64,000 nucleotides of DNA from Candidatus Eiseniibacteriota bacterium (GTDB lineage: Bacteria; Eisenbacteria; RBG-16-71-46), in assembly GCA_044223005.1 (NCBI GenBank), contig JBGAML010000001.1, forward strand, positions 256,001 to 320,000. Direction: 5' to 3'. The notes under the pieces are model-generated. The model was not told where the DNA came from and did not search any database. It saw nothing but the letters and a program-made list of their open reading frames with translations. This document shows, in pieces, positions 27,691 to 37,916 of the stretch; the first letter of the stretch is position 1, and each line of letters opens with the position of its first letter. A program made the translations under genes and the position numbers.

Positions 27691-29277
27691 TCAGTGCGCG
27701 TCGGAGCCGCCGCGCATGCGCTTCTTGTCCCACTTGAGCGTCAGGATCAGCGGGATCGCGATCAGGAAGTGCAGTCCGAAGATCAGGAAGATGTGCTCGA
27801 ACGAGATCATCGCCGACTGGCGCTGCACGGCGCCGGCGACCGAGGCGATCGCCTTCATCCGCGCCACCTCCATCGCGTCGCCGCGGGCCATGAGCGAACG
27901 CATGGTCGCCTCGACGCGCGCCGCGGTGACGGGGTTGTACATCGACACGTGCTCGGACAACGCCGCGCGCGTTTCGGCGCCGTAGCGCGCGACGAACGTG
28001 GCCGACAGCGCGATGCCGATGCTGCCGCCGAGCTGGCGCATGAGGTTGTAGAGGCCGGTCGCGGGCGCGATCTTGGACATGGGCAGCTCGAGCATCGCCA
28101 GGTTGTTGAGCGGCACGAACACCAGGCCCAGCGCGAACCCGCGCAGGATCAGCGGCCAGAAGAAGTCGTCCATGCCGCTCTCGGTCGTGAAGTGCGACCA
28201 CTGCCACATGGCGATCGCGAACAGGAGCGCGCCGAGGCTCGCGATCGCCCGGGCATCCACCTTCCCGAGCAGTCGCGCCATGAGCACCATGGTGAACGCC
28301 GACGCGAGCGCGCCCGGCAGGATCACGAGGCCTGTCTGGTTGGCGGTGAAATGCAGCAGCTGCTGCAGGTAGACCGGCAGCACGAAGACGGTCGCGTACA
28401 GGCACAGCCCGAGGATGCCGCCCAGGATCGCGCCGGTTCCGAACTGGCGGTTGCCGAGGATGCGCAGGTCGATGACGGGGTGTTCGGTGGTCAGTTCGTG
28501 CCAGACGAAGGCCGTCAGCGAGGTGATGCTGACGATCGCGTAGGTGATGATCTCCTGGGACGCGAACCAATCCTGGCGCTCGCCGCGTTCGAGCAGCGTC
28601 TGCAGCGTGCCGATGCCCAGCGCGAGCAGGATCAGCCCGGCCCAGTCCGTGTCGCCCACCTTCTGCGCGAAGCGCGAGTTCTTGATGTAGCGGAGCGACA
28701 GGATGAACGCCATCACGCCGAACGGCAGGTTGATGTAGAAGATCCACGGCCACGAGAACGTGTCCGTGATGTACCCGCCCAGCGTCGGGCCCAGCGTCGG
28801 GCCGACCATCACGCCGACGCCGAAGATCGCCATGGCCTGCCCGTACTCCGAGGGCGGGAACACCTCGTAGAGGATCGCCTGCGAGGTCGAGAGCAGCGCG
28901 CCGCCGCCGATGCCCTGGAGGATGCGCCAGACCACGAGCTCGGTCAGCGTGTGCGAGTTGCCGCAGAAGAACGACGCCAGCGTGAACAGGGCGATCGAGC
29001 CGGCGAAGTAGCGCTGCCGCCCGAAGTACGCCGACAGCCAGCCGGTGATGGGCAGCACGATCACGTTCGCCACGATGTAGCCCGTGGACACCCAGGCGAT
29101 CTCGTCGAGCGTCGCGCCGAGCGTTCCCATCATGTGCGGGATCGCGACGTTGACGATGCTCGTGTCGAGGATCTCGAGGATGGACGCGAACGTCACCGTG
29201 ATCGCGATGATCCAGCGATTCCGGTACGCCTCGTCGGCCATCCGCGCCTGGACGGTGGGGAACGTGGTCGCCGCCAT
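27691..29277 (-). CDS. emrB: EmrB/QacA (DHA2) family MFS drug efflux permease
   Basis: LEILDTSIVNVAIP, RILQGIGGG, GPTLGGYIT, WPWIFYINLPFG and LMRQLGGSIG. Confidence 0.92.
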   Translation of the reverse strand: MAATTFPTVQARMADEAYRNRWIIAITVTFASILEILDTSIVNVAIPHMMGTLGATLDEIAWVSTGYIVANVIVLPITGWLSAYFGRQRYFAGSIALFTLASFFCGNSHTLTELVVWRILQGIGGGALLSTSQAILYEVFPPSEYGQAMAIFGVGVMVGPTLGPTLGGYITDTFSWPWIFYINLPFGVMAFILSLRYIKNSRFAQKVGDTDWAGLILLALGIGTLQTLLERGERQDWFASQEIITYAIVSITSLTAFVWHELTTEHPVIDLRILGNRQFGTGAILGGILGLCLYATVFVLPVYLQQLLHFTANQTGLVILPGALASAFTMVLMARLLGKVDARAIASLGALLFAIAMWQWSHFTTESGMDDFFWPLILRGFALGLVFVPLNNLAMLELPMSKIAPATGLYNLMRQLGGSIGIALSATFVARYGAETRAALSEHVSMYNPVTAARVEATMRSLMARGDAMEVARMKAIASVAGAVQRQSAMISFEHIFLIFGLHFLIAIPLILTLKWDKKRMRGGSDAH

Positions 29278-29279
29278 GG

Positions 29280-30344
29280 TTACTTGTTCCCGCTGGTGGT
29301 GATCGTGATCTGCGTGCTCATGCCCGGACGCAGCGGCCGCTCGGGCGCGCCGGCATCCGTGATCGCGATGCGCACCGGGATGTGCTGCACGACGTGCGTG
29401 TAGTTGCCCGTCGCGTTGTCGGGCGGCAGCAGCGAGAACTTGGCGCCCGTCGCGGGGCTGAAGCTCTGCACCTTGCCCTGCACGGGGTGACCGGGATACG
29501 CGTCGACGGCGATCTTGACCGGGTCGCCCACGCGCACGTGCTCGATCTCGGTCTCCTTGAGGTTCGCAGTGACGTGCAGGTCCTCGGTCGACACGACGGC
29601 CAGCAGCGACTGGCCCGCCTGCAGGTACTGGCCCACCTCGACGTTCTTGCGCGACACCACGCCGCTCACCGGCGCGACGATCTTCGTGTACGAGAGCGTC
29701 AGCGCGGCCTGGTCCCGCATGGCCTTGGCCGCCTGCAGCCGCGCGTCGGCGCCCTGCCAACCGGCCTGCGCCGCGAGCACCTGCTTGCGCGCCGCGTCCA
29801 GCGCGGCCGCAGCGGCCGCATCGGCGGCCACGGCCGCGTCGAGCTGCTGCCGGCTCACGATGTTGCGCGACGACAGCGTGCGATAGCGCTCGGCGTCGCT
29901 GTGTGCGCGCGTCGCGTTCGCCTCGGCCTGCGCCACTTGCGCCTTCGCGGCGGCGAGCTGCGCCTCCGCCTGGCCGGGCCGGCCCTTGGCGCCAGCCGTG
30001 GCGAGCGCCGCAGCGTAGTCCGCCTCGGCCTGCGCGAGCTTGGCCTTCTGCTCGCGATCGTCGAGCTGCACGAGCAGGTCGCCGGCCTTCACGCCCTGGT
30101 TCTCGGACACCGCGACCGTCGCCACGAAGCCCGACACGCGCGTCACGGTCGGGACGACGTCACCCTCGACCTCGGCGTTGTCGGTGCTCACGTGCGTGCG
30201 CCCCCACATCCACTGGCGCACGCCGAGGCTCAGGCCGACGATCGCCGCCACGATCAGGACGCCACGTACGATCAGCTGCTTGTTGCCCGCCGCGGGCTTC
30301 GCCACGGCGGCGGGAGTTTCCATGGTTTCCGTATTTGCCGTCAT
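29280..30344 (-). CDS. emrA: EmrA-family (HlyD) periplasmic adaptor
   Basis: STDNAEV, ANLKETE and FSLLPPDNATGNYTHVVQHIPVRI. Confidence 0.92.
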   Translation of the reverse strand: MTANTETMETPAAVAKPAAGNKQLIVRGVLIVAAIVGLSLGVRQWMWGRTHVSTDNAEVEGDVVPTVTRVSGFVATVAVSENQGVKAGDLLVQLDDREQKAKLAQAEADYAAALATAGAKGRPGQAEAQLAAAKAQVAQAEANATRAHSDAERYRTLSSRNIVSRQQLDAAVAADAAAAAALDAARKQVLAAQAGWQGADARLQAAKAMRDQAALTLSYTKIVAPVSGVVSRKNVEVGQYLQAGQSLLAVVSTEDLHVTANLKETEIEHVRVGDPVKIAVDAYPGHPVQGKVQSFSPATGAKFSLLPPDNATGNYTHVVQHIPVRIAITDAGAPERPLRPGMSTQITITTSGNK

Positions 30345-30369
30345 GAAAGGGCTCCTCCCCGTCCGGGCT

Positions 30370-31719
30370 TCAGTGAACGTCGCGCGCCACACCGGTGGCG
30401 CGAGCGAGTGAGACGCGAGCGCTGGCGACCGCGAAGCGGGCGTCGACGTCGGCGTCCCGCGCGCGCACCAGCGAAGCCTGCGCGTTGATGACTTCGATGT
30501 TGCCGGCGACGCCGCTCGTGAACCGCTCGGTCGCCTGCGAGACTTCCTCGCGCGCGAGCTCGAGCCGCTGCGACGCGATCCGGAGCTGGTCCTGCCCGCT
30601 CGCGAGGTCGAGCAGCGCGCCCGACACGTCGGCTTCGACCTGGTCGCGCAGGTCCTTCTCGCGCACTTCCGATTCGCGCTCGATCGCGCGCTGTTCGGCG
30701 ATCTTGCCCTCGCGACGGAAGCCGTCCACGAGCGGCAGCGTGAGCGCCAAGGCGTAGCTGTAGGTGTTGATCGCGTCGCCGAAGTGTTCGCCGCTGCGGC
30801 CCCAGTCGGCCGACACGTCGAGGCGCGGGATGCGCTCGCGGGCCGTCGCCGAGCGGTCGGCGCGGGCCTTCGCGAGCCGCGCCTGCTCGCCCCGCAGCTC
30901 GTCGCGGTGCTCGAGCGCGAACGCGATGGCCTCGGGTTCCGATCCGGGCGCGCCGCTCGCCGCCATCTCGGCGCTCAGCGTGTCCGCGACTTCGATCGGC
31001 GTCGCCGGGTCCAGGCCCAGCGCCCGCGCAAGGTCGATCCGCGCACGATCGCGCTGGTTGCGTGCGATCGCGAGCGCGCCTTCGGACGCCGCCACCTGCG
31101 TGCGGGCACGCGTCACGTCGATCGACGGCGAGGTGCCCGCCTGCAGCTGCGCCTCCGCGAGCCCTTCGAGCGTCTTCGCGAGTTCGAGGTCCTCGGCGCG
31201 CGCGCGTTCCACCGCCGCGGCCCGTGTGGCGCGCAGGTAGGCGAGAGCCGCACCCTGCGCCGCCGCCTCGCTCGTGACCCCGAGATCGGCGCGCGCACCG
31301 AGCACGCCCAGCCGCGACGCCCGCACCTTCTGCCAGGTCGAGAGGTCGACGAGCGGCTGCGAGACCTTGACCCGCGCCTCGGAGTCGTACACCGGTCCCT
31401 GCAGCGCCGGATACGGCGCCTGCCCGGGCGCGGTCGGCAGCGAGATGCCGAGCGCATAGAGGTTGAACGTGCGATCCACCATGCTGACTTGTCCGGTCAC
31501 CGAGGGCAGCAGGCCCGCGCGCGCCTGCGACACGCGCGCGGTGGCCTCGTCGGCCTTGAGGTGCGCGGTGGCGACACCGGCGCTCCGTTGCGCGGCGACG
31601 GAGACGGCCTCGGCGAGCGTCAGGCGCTGCGGAGCTTCGGCGGCCGCGGCCACGGCGGCGGTCGCGGCGAGCGCGATCGCGGCGAGGGCGGCGATGCTCC
31701 AGGCGTGGGAACGGCTCAT
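30370..31719 (-). CDS. TolC-family outer-membrane efflux protein
   Basis: Signal peptide, LTLAEAV and ERFTSGVAGNIEVINAQ; ATGA overlap with the TetR stop. Confidence 0.9.
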   Translation of the reverse strand: MSRSHAWSIAALAAIALAATAAVAAAAEAPQRLTLAEAVSVAAQRSAGVATAHLKADEATARVSQARAGLLPSVTGQVSMVDRTFNLYALGISLPTAPGQAPYPALQGPVYDSEARVKVSQPLVDLSTWQKVRASRLGVLGARADLGVTSEAAAQGAALAYLRATRAAAVERARAEDLELAKTLEGLAEAQLQAGTSPSIDVTRARTQVAASEGALAIARNQRDRARIDLARALGLDPATPIEVADTLSAEMAASGAPGSEPEAIAFALEHRDELRGEQARLAKARADRSATARERIPRLDVSADWGRSGEHFGDAINTYSYALALTLPLVDGFRREGKIAEQRAIERESEVREKDLRDQVEADVSGALLDLASGQDQLRIASQRLELAREEVSQATERFTSGVAGNIEVINAQASLVRARDADVDARFAVASARVSLARATGVARDVH

Positions 31720-32384
31720 GCTTGCGATCCTCCTTCCGCCCCGCGGGCGATGCCCCGCAGGAGCGTCTGCAACCAGGCTTCGAAATAGCGATCGATGTCG
31801 ATGTTGGTCTGGACGTGTGCGCAGAACGAGTGCTTCCACAGCGAGGCGACGAGCATCGGCGCGCTGGCGAGCAGCGCGACCGACTCGACGTCGATGTCGG
31901 CGAACTCGCCGCGCTCGACACCACGGCGCAGGACGCGGGCGAGCAGCGCCTGGCTGCGGGTGACGACTTCCTCGTGGTAGAAGCGAGAGAGGTCCGGGAA
32001 GTTGCCCGCCTCGCCGAACACGAGCTTGGGCAGCATGCTCAGCTTGGAGTTCACGATGCGGTTCCAGCGCGCGCGCAGGATCGTCTCGAGCAGTTCCGCG
32101 CTCGAACCCGCGTGTTCCGCGACCAGCGTCTCGGTCGACTCGATGAACGGGATCACGCTGTTCCGCACGACCGCCTTGAAGAGTTCTTCCTTGCTCGGGA
32201 AGTAGAGGAAGATCGTGCCCTTGGTGCAGCCGGCGCGCCGGGCGATGTCCTCGAGTCGGGTCGCGGCGAAGCCACGCGTCGTGAACTCTTCCTGTGCGGC
32301 ATCGAGGATCTCGACGGGACGAGCATCCTTGCGGCGGTGCCAGCGCGGCTCCGCGTGCAGGTGGCTCGAGGTCGGTCCGTCCAT
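31716..32384 (-). CDS. TetR/AcrR-family transcriptional regulator
   Basis: ILDAAQEEFTTRGFAATRLEDIARRAGCTKGTIFLYFPSKEELF helix-turn-helix. Confidence 0.93.
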   Translation of the reverse strand: MDGPTSSHLHAEPRWHRRKDARPVEILDAAQEEFTTRGFAATRLEDIARRAGCTKGTIFLYFPSKEELFKAVVRNSVIPFIESTETLVAEHAGSSAELLETILRARWNRIVNSKLSMLPKLVFGEAGNFPDLSRFYHEEVVTRSQALLARVLRRGVERGEFADIDVESVALLASAPMLVASLWKHSFCAHVQTNIDIDRYFEAWLQTLLRGIARGAEGGSQA

Positions 32385-32417
32385 TTCTCCTCCGACGAAT
32401 GAGACTCCAAGAACAAA

Positions 32418-32497
32418 TAACTGAACAGTCGGTAAGTTAATCGGCAGCTGACCAGCCAGTCAACAATGAAATCGTATTGACGGCCAACTGATTTCAT
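32418..32497. promoter_or_regulatory. AT-rich promoter region with putative TetR operators
   Basis: Two related imperfect palindromes, TAACTgaacagtcggtaAGTTA (32418-32439) and cTGACcagccaGTCAa (32448-32463), plus the inverted repeat ATGAAATC-N16-GATTTCAT (32466-32497). Confidence 0.6.
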
Positions 32498-32679
32498 CGG
32501 AACGGTTTAGCTATTCCGTTCCGGAGAGCTTCCGGGCGCCCGTCGGGCCGTGGGGGCCGGCGGCGAGCCAGCCAGGGGCGCGAGTGCCCTATGGATGAGG
32601 CGCGCTCTCCCGCGATGCGCCGGCGCATGCGGCCCCGGAGCGGAACCCCCGGGGCCGCGATGCGTCGCGTGAACGGCGC

Positions 32680-33228
32680 CTACACGGTCGTGTCGATGGC
32701 GCGGAAGGCGAACGAATCGCTCGTCCCCGCGTCGGCCGCCGACTGGCGGAAGTACTGCAGCAGCTGCTTGAACGCGTCCTGCGATGCCGAACTGTCTCCC
32801 GACTGCAGCGCCGACTGCAGCGACTGCAGCAGCGAGTCGAGCGCATCGGTGCCGTCGCCCGAGGACGCACCGTCGGCGCCACCCGGCGGCGGTGGCGGCG
32901 GACCCTCCTGCGCGTGCGCGGCGAGATCGCTCTTCAGGCTCGCGACCGCTTTCGACGCGGCGTCGAGGTCGCCGCCCTGCAGCGCGTCGCTGATCGAGGA
33001 GAGCGCGGACGAGAGCGGATCGTCGCCATCGCCCCGCGCCTGTTTCGCGCGCTGCTGGATGGTCGCGAGGTCGGCCTTCGCCTGGTCGGCGTTGCCGGCG
33101 GCGAGGTCGCTCTGCAACTGCGTGAGGTCGGCGTCGAGGCCGCCGCCACGCGGTGGCCGCGTGCGCTTCGTCTGGCTGATGTCCAGGGTGGACCAGGCGC
33201 TGCCCGATCCGATGCCGGAGATCGACAT
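32680..33228 (-). CDS. Hypothetical low-complexity helical protein with a polyproline tract
   Basis: GGAGG RBS; MSISGIGSGS N-terminus; three repeats of the form L..L...LQ.GD...A; GPPPPPPGG. Confidence 0.75.
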   Translation of the reverse strand: MSISGIGSGSAWSTLDISQTKRTRPPRGGGLDADLTQLQSDLAAGNADQAKADLATIQQRAKQARGDGDDPLSSALSSISDALQGGDLDAASKAVASLKSDLAAHAQEGPPPPPPGGADGASSGDGTDALDSLLQSLQSALQSGDSSASQDAFKQLLQYFRQSAADAGTSDSFAFRAIDTTV

Positions 33229-33480
33229 GCTGCACCTCCATGACGGGATACGGATGTGGGCCCGTCGCGCGCGAAGCGCGGCGGGCGTGCCGGGCAGGCG
33301 ATGCTTCGTCGTCGCAAGGACCGGGCCCCGGACACGCGCCGGCACGCGCCGCTTCGCAACGCGTGCGTTCGCGGGGAGCTGTGGCCACGGCGCGCGACGT
33401 GGGCGGTTCGCCCGGCGGCGGCGCCGGCGGCAGTTCGTGCCGGGCGCGCGGCGGCCCTTGCCGCCGCGCCCGGCTGCGCG

Positions 33481-34701
33481 TCACTCGTAGCGGAGCGCGA
33501 CGATCGGGTCGAGCGAGGCCGCGCGCCGCGCGGGCCAGACGCCGAACACGATGCCGACGATCGCCGACGAACCGAACGCGAGCGCGATCGAGGACGCGCC
33601 CACGGACGTGTTCCACGAGAACGCGACGCGGATCACTTCCGCGAGCCCCACGCCGGCCGCGATCCCGACGATGCCGCCGAGCAGGCAGAGCACCAGCGCC
33701 TCGGCGAGGAACTGCGCGAGGATCGTGCGGCGCGTGGCGCCGATCGCCTTGCGGATGCCGATCTCGCGCGTCCGCTCGGTCACCGACACGAGCATGATGT
33801 TCATGATCCCGATACCGCCCACGAGCAGGCTCACCGCGGCGATGCCCGCGAGCAGCAGCGAGAAGACCTGCGTGGTCTCGCCGAGCGTGTTGAGGAAGTC
33901 CGCCTGGCTGCGGATCGAGAAGTCGTCCGCGGCACCTTCCGCGAGCCGATGCTGGCGCCGCAGCACGCGCCGCACCTCGGCCATGGCGACGGGAATGTCC
34001 GCTTCGGAGCGCGCGAGCACCTGGATGTCGCGCAGGCGGTTCGAACCGGTCAGGCGCTCGCGCGCGGTCTGGATGGGGACGAGCACCTGGTCGTCCGGGT
34101 TGAAGAAGCCGCCCGACTGGCCCTTCGCGGCGAGCACACCGACGACCGTGAAGCGCGCGGTGCCGATCCGGATCTCCTGCCCGAGCAGCGCCGCGGCGCC
34201 GCCCAGTTCCTGCGCCACCTGCGCGCCGAGCACGGCCACGCGGCGGCGTGCGGCGTTCTCGCCCGCGGTGAACATGCGGCCGGACTCGACCGGGAAGTTC
34301 CGCACATCGGGGTAGTTCGGCGTCACGCCCGAGATCGTGGTGTTCGCGTTGTGCTCGGCGAACTGCACCTGCAGCTGCGTCGACATCTCGGGCTGCACCG
34401 CCAGCAGCGAGGTCGCGCGCGCTTCGATCGCGGTCGCGTCCTCGAACGTGAGCGCAGCGCGGTCCGAGGCCGACGCCACGCCGCCCGCGCGCTGCTGCGA
34501 CGGCATGACCGTGAGCAGCGTGGTGCCGAGCGAGCTGATGCGGTCGCGCACCGTCTGCTGCGCGCCGCGCCCGAGCGCGACCACGGCGATCACCGCGGCG
34601 ACGCCGATCACGATGCCGAGCATGGTGAGGAACGAGCGCATCTTGTTCGCCCGCAGCGCTTCGAGCGCCACGCGGACCGTCTCGCGCGGGAGCATGGTCA
34701 C
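33481..34701 (-). CDS. MacB/FtsX-family ABC permease (no fused ATPase)
   Basis: RSFLTMLGIVIGVAAVI, SLLVGGIGIMNIMLVSVTERTREIGIRKAIGA and LDPIVALRYE. Confidence 0.93.
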   Translation of the reverse strand: MTMLPRETVRVALEALRANKMRSFLTMLGIVIGVAAVIAVVALGRGAQQTVRDRISSLGTTLLTVMPSQQRAGGVASASDRAALTFEDATAIEARATSLLAVQPEMSTQLQVQFAEHNANTTISGVTPNYPDVRNFPVESGRMFTAGENAARRRVAVLGAQVAQELGGAAALLGQEIRIGTARFTVVGVLAAKGQSGGFFNPDDQVLVPIQTARERLTGSNRLRDIQVLARSEADIPVAMAEVRRVLRRQHRLAEGAADDFSIRSQADFLNTLGETTQVFSLLLAGIAAVSLLVGGIGIMNIMLVSVTERTREIGIRKAIGATRRTILAQFLAEALVLCLLGGIVGIAAGVGLAEVIRVAFSWNTSVGASSIALAFGSSAIVGIVFGVWPARRAASLDPIVALRYE

Positions 34702-36095
34702 TTCCCCGCGGCGGCCGACGTGCGGGCCCCGCTGGTCGAACCGCTCGAGAAACCGTTCATGCTGCTCGTGCGCTGGCGGATCTGCGCCACTTGCTGCGTG
34801 CGCTGTTGCTGCAGCTCGACCGCGCCCAGCAGCACGACCGATTCGCCGGCATCGAGTCCCGACATGATCTCGACGTCGTCGTAGTTGGCGAGCCCGATCG
34901 TGACGCGCCGCAGCGCGAGGACGCCGTCGCGGCTCGCGACGACGTAGCGCGTGGTCGCGGCCGCGTCGTGCACCGACGCGGCCGCGCCGCCCTGCTGCAC
35001 GCGCGAGACGGCGCGCGCGAGGCTCGCGCTCGCCGTGCTGTTGCCGCCCGCGGGTGCGCCGCCACCGCCGTCCGGCGGCGGCGGACCGTCGTCCTTCGCG
35101 GTGGTGCTCGCCGCGGGACCGGCCGCCGCGAGCGCGGAGTCGGCCGCGAGCCCCAGCGTGCCGCGCACCGACTGCATCTCGCTCGCGGTCCGCACGGCGT
35201 CGAGCGGCACGGTGACGACGCCGGCGCGCCGGGCAACCTCGATCGTCACCTCGCCGTTCATGCCGGGCAGCAGCAACCCCTCGGCGTTGTCCACCGAAAC
35301 GAGCACCGGGAACATGGTCACGGACTGCTGGACCACTGCCTGCGGCTCGATCTTCTCGACCGAGCCCGCGAACGTGCGCTGCGGATACGCCTCGACCACG
35401 ACGGTCGTCGGCGCTCCCCGACGCACCTTGCCGATGTCGTTCTCGGTGACGTACGTGCGCACGCGGACGCGCGAGAGGTCGGCCATCTGGAGCAGCGTCG
35501 TGCCGCCGCTCACCGACGCGGTCGCGGACGAGATCACCTGCCCCGCCGACACGGACTTGACGAGCACGGTGCCGGCGACCGAAGCAGTCACGGTCGCGTC
35601 CTCGAGCTTCTGCTTCGCGAGGTCACGATTGGTACGCGCGGTGACGAGGTCGGCACGGGCCGTCGCGGCCGTGAGCACGGCGGCTTCGTGGTCGACGTCC
35701 GAGATCAGCTTCGTGGCGTAGAGCTGCTCGGCGCGGTTCAGCTGCGCGCGCGCGACCGATTCCTTCGCCTGCGCCGCCTCGAGCGCGGCCGCCGCCTGGT
35801 CGTCGCTCGCCTGCACGTCGTGCGGATCCACCTGCGCGAGCAGCTGCCCGCGCGTGACGACCGAGCCCACGTCCACGGGCATCTTCACGATCAGCCCCGA
35901 CGCCTTCGACTTCACCTCGACCAGCTCCACGGGCTCGACGACGCCCGTGGCCTCCACCGTGACGCGCAGGTCCTGCCGCGTCGCGGCGGCCGTGCTCGGC
36001 GCCGCGCTCACGCTGCTGCGTTTCGCGCAGCCGCTCGCGACGGCCGCGAGCACCGCGGCGGCGACCACGACTGCGATCCCGATGCGCGTTCTCAT
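34698..36095 (-). CDS. MacA-like periplasmic adaptor (lipoprotein-type N-terminus)
   Basis: VASG-C; VEVKSKASG, MADLSRVRV and LLPGMNG. Confidence 0.9.
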   Translation of the reverse strand: MRTRIGIAVVVAAAVLAAVASGCAKRSSVSAAPSTAAATRQDLRVTVEATGVVEPVELVEVKSKASGLIVKMPVDVGSVVTRGQLLAQVDPHDVQASDDQAAAALEAAQAKESVARAQLNRAEQLYATKLISDVDHEAAVLTAATARADLVTARTNRDLAKQKLEDATVTASVAGTVLVKSVSAGQVISSATASVSGGTTLLQMADLSRVRVRTYVTENDIGKVRRGAPTTVVVEAYPQRTFAGSVEKIEPQAVVQQSVTMFPVLVSVDNAEGLLLPGMNGEVTIEVARRAGVVTVPLDAVRTASEMQSVRGTLGLAADSALAAAGPAASTTAKDDGPPPPDGGGGAPAGGNSTASASLARAVSRVQQGGAAASVHDAAATTRYVVASRDGVLALRRVTIGLANYDDVEIMSGLDAGESVVLLGAVELQQQRTQQVAQIRQRTSSMNGFSSGSTSGARTSAAAGK

Positions 36096-36254
36096 GACGA
36101 CCTCCCGCGCGGCGGCCCCGCGCCCTGGGTTCCGCGGACCGGACGGGCCGTGGCGCGACTGCTGCGCACCTGCCCTTGGCGCCCTGCGACACCGACACCG
36201 TCCGGACCCGCACTCACGACCGGGCGCTCGGGGGATGCGCCCGGGACCTGCCGT

Positions 36255-36932
36255 TCAACCGTCCACCCGGCGATACCGCCGCTGGATCGTTCGCGACGCA
36301 CCGTCGGGTGCGCCGAGCTTCGTCTTCACTTCGAGCACGCGGCCCTTCTCGCGCAGCGTCCACGTCTCACGCACCGCGCCAGGCCCGCGCACCACATCCA
36401 GCTGGCCGTCGTTCCAGCGCCCCTGCGCGCGCACCGTTCCGCCCTCGGCGTGACGGCCACGCGCGTCGGTGTTCTCGCGCTCGCGCGCCGTCGCGTCGAT
36501 CTCCGCGTGCAGCGCACCGGTCGAATCGGCAAGCCGCACCAGTTCGCCCTCGACGCCGAGCAGCAGCGGATCGGGCCACTCGATCGGGTCGCGCAGTTCC
36601 GCTTTCGCCGCACCCTGCGGCGCGCCGTCGCGCGGACCGCCCTCGCCGCCGGGCGGCGGACCGCCCATGTCGCCCGGAGGCGGGCCACCCATGCCACCGT
36701 CCGGAGGCGGGCCCCCCATGCCTCCGTCGGGAGGCGGACCACCGCCCGGGCCGTCGGGCCCGCCCGTGGGCAGCCGCACGGCGTCGCTCTCCTTCACCTG
36801 GATGCGCTCGAGCCGCCAGCGGCCCGCGAGTGCGCCGAGCGCCGTACGGGTCGCCGCGACCGCGGTGCCCGCGCACGCGGCGATCGCGAGCACGAAGAGT
36901 GCGATGCGGATCCAGCGTCGCTGCGTCGTCAT
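36255..36932 (-). CDS. Secreted protein with an internal Gly/Pro/Met repeat insert
   Basis: GGAGG RBS; signal peptide; LAGRWRL (lipocalin-like first strand); (GGPPPDGGM)n; C-terminal beta strands. Confidence 0.75.
   Translation of the reverse strand: MTTQRRWIRIALFVLAIAACAGTAVAATRTALGALAGRWRLERIQVKESDAVRLPTGGPDGPGGGPPPDGGMGGPPPDGGMGGPPPGDMGGPPPGGEGGPRDGAPQGAAKAELRDPIEWPDPLLLGVEGELVRLADSTGALHAEIDATARERENTDARGRHAEGGTVRAQGRWNDGQLDVVRGPGAVRETWTLREKGRVLEVKTKLGAPDGASRTIQRRYRRVDG
36646..36743 (-). repeat. In-frame tandem repeat, about four units of 24-27 nt (GGPPPDGGM-like)
   Basis: Translation reads GGPPPDGGM GGPPPDGGM GGPPPGDM GGPPPGG. Confidence 0.85.
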
Positions 36933-37071
36933 GATGCGCCTCCCTCCTGCGGCCTCGTCCGGTGTCGCGCGGCATCCGACCGCCTTCACGTGCGGCGGGC
37001 AGTGGCCTTGCGGTGAATCGCTTCGGTGGCGTGTTCCCTCGCCGCGCGACCGAAACGATCATCGGCCCCGG

Positions 37072-37175
37072 ATGTGGCAGGAATGTGGCGGGGCGCTGGC
37101 ATTTCTGGGGAGCCGCCACCCGGGCGGAGGCGCGGGATTCGCGCCTCGGATCGGCCCGTGCCACATTCCTGCCAC
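37072..37175. promoter_or_regulatory. Pair of oppositely oriented OmpR-type direct-repeat boxes
   Basis: GTGGCAGGAATGTGGC at 37074-37089 and its exact reverse complement at 37160-37175; each holds (T)GTGGC repeated at an 11-bp period. Confidence 0.75.
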
Positions 37176-37229
37176 GAGTGGGCGCTAGCATTCCGTCGTG
37201 GGCGCGAACCGCGCCCGACCGGAGACGCG

Positions 37230-37912
<683 letters not shown>

Positions 37913-37916
<4 letters not shown>

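Noticed and set aside
36646..36743. Short repeats that might be a CRISPR array
   Set aside because: They are in-frame coding repeats with synonymous variation, have no unique spacers, and no cas genes are present.
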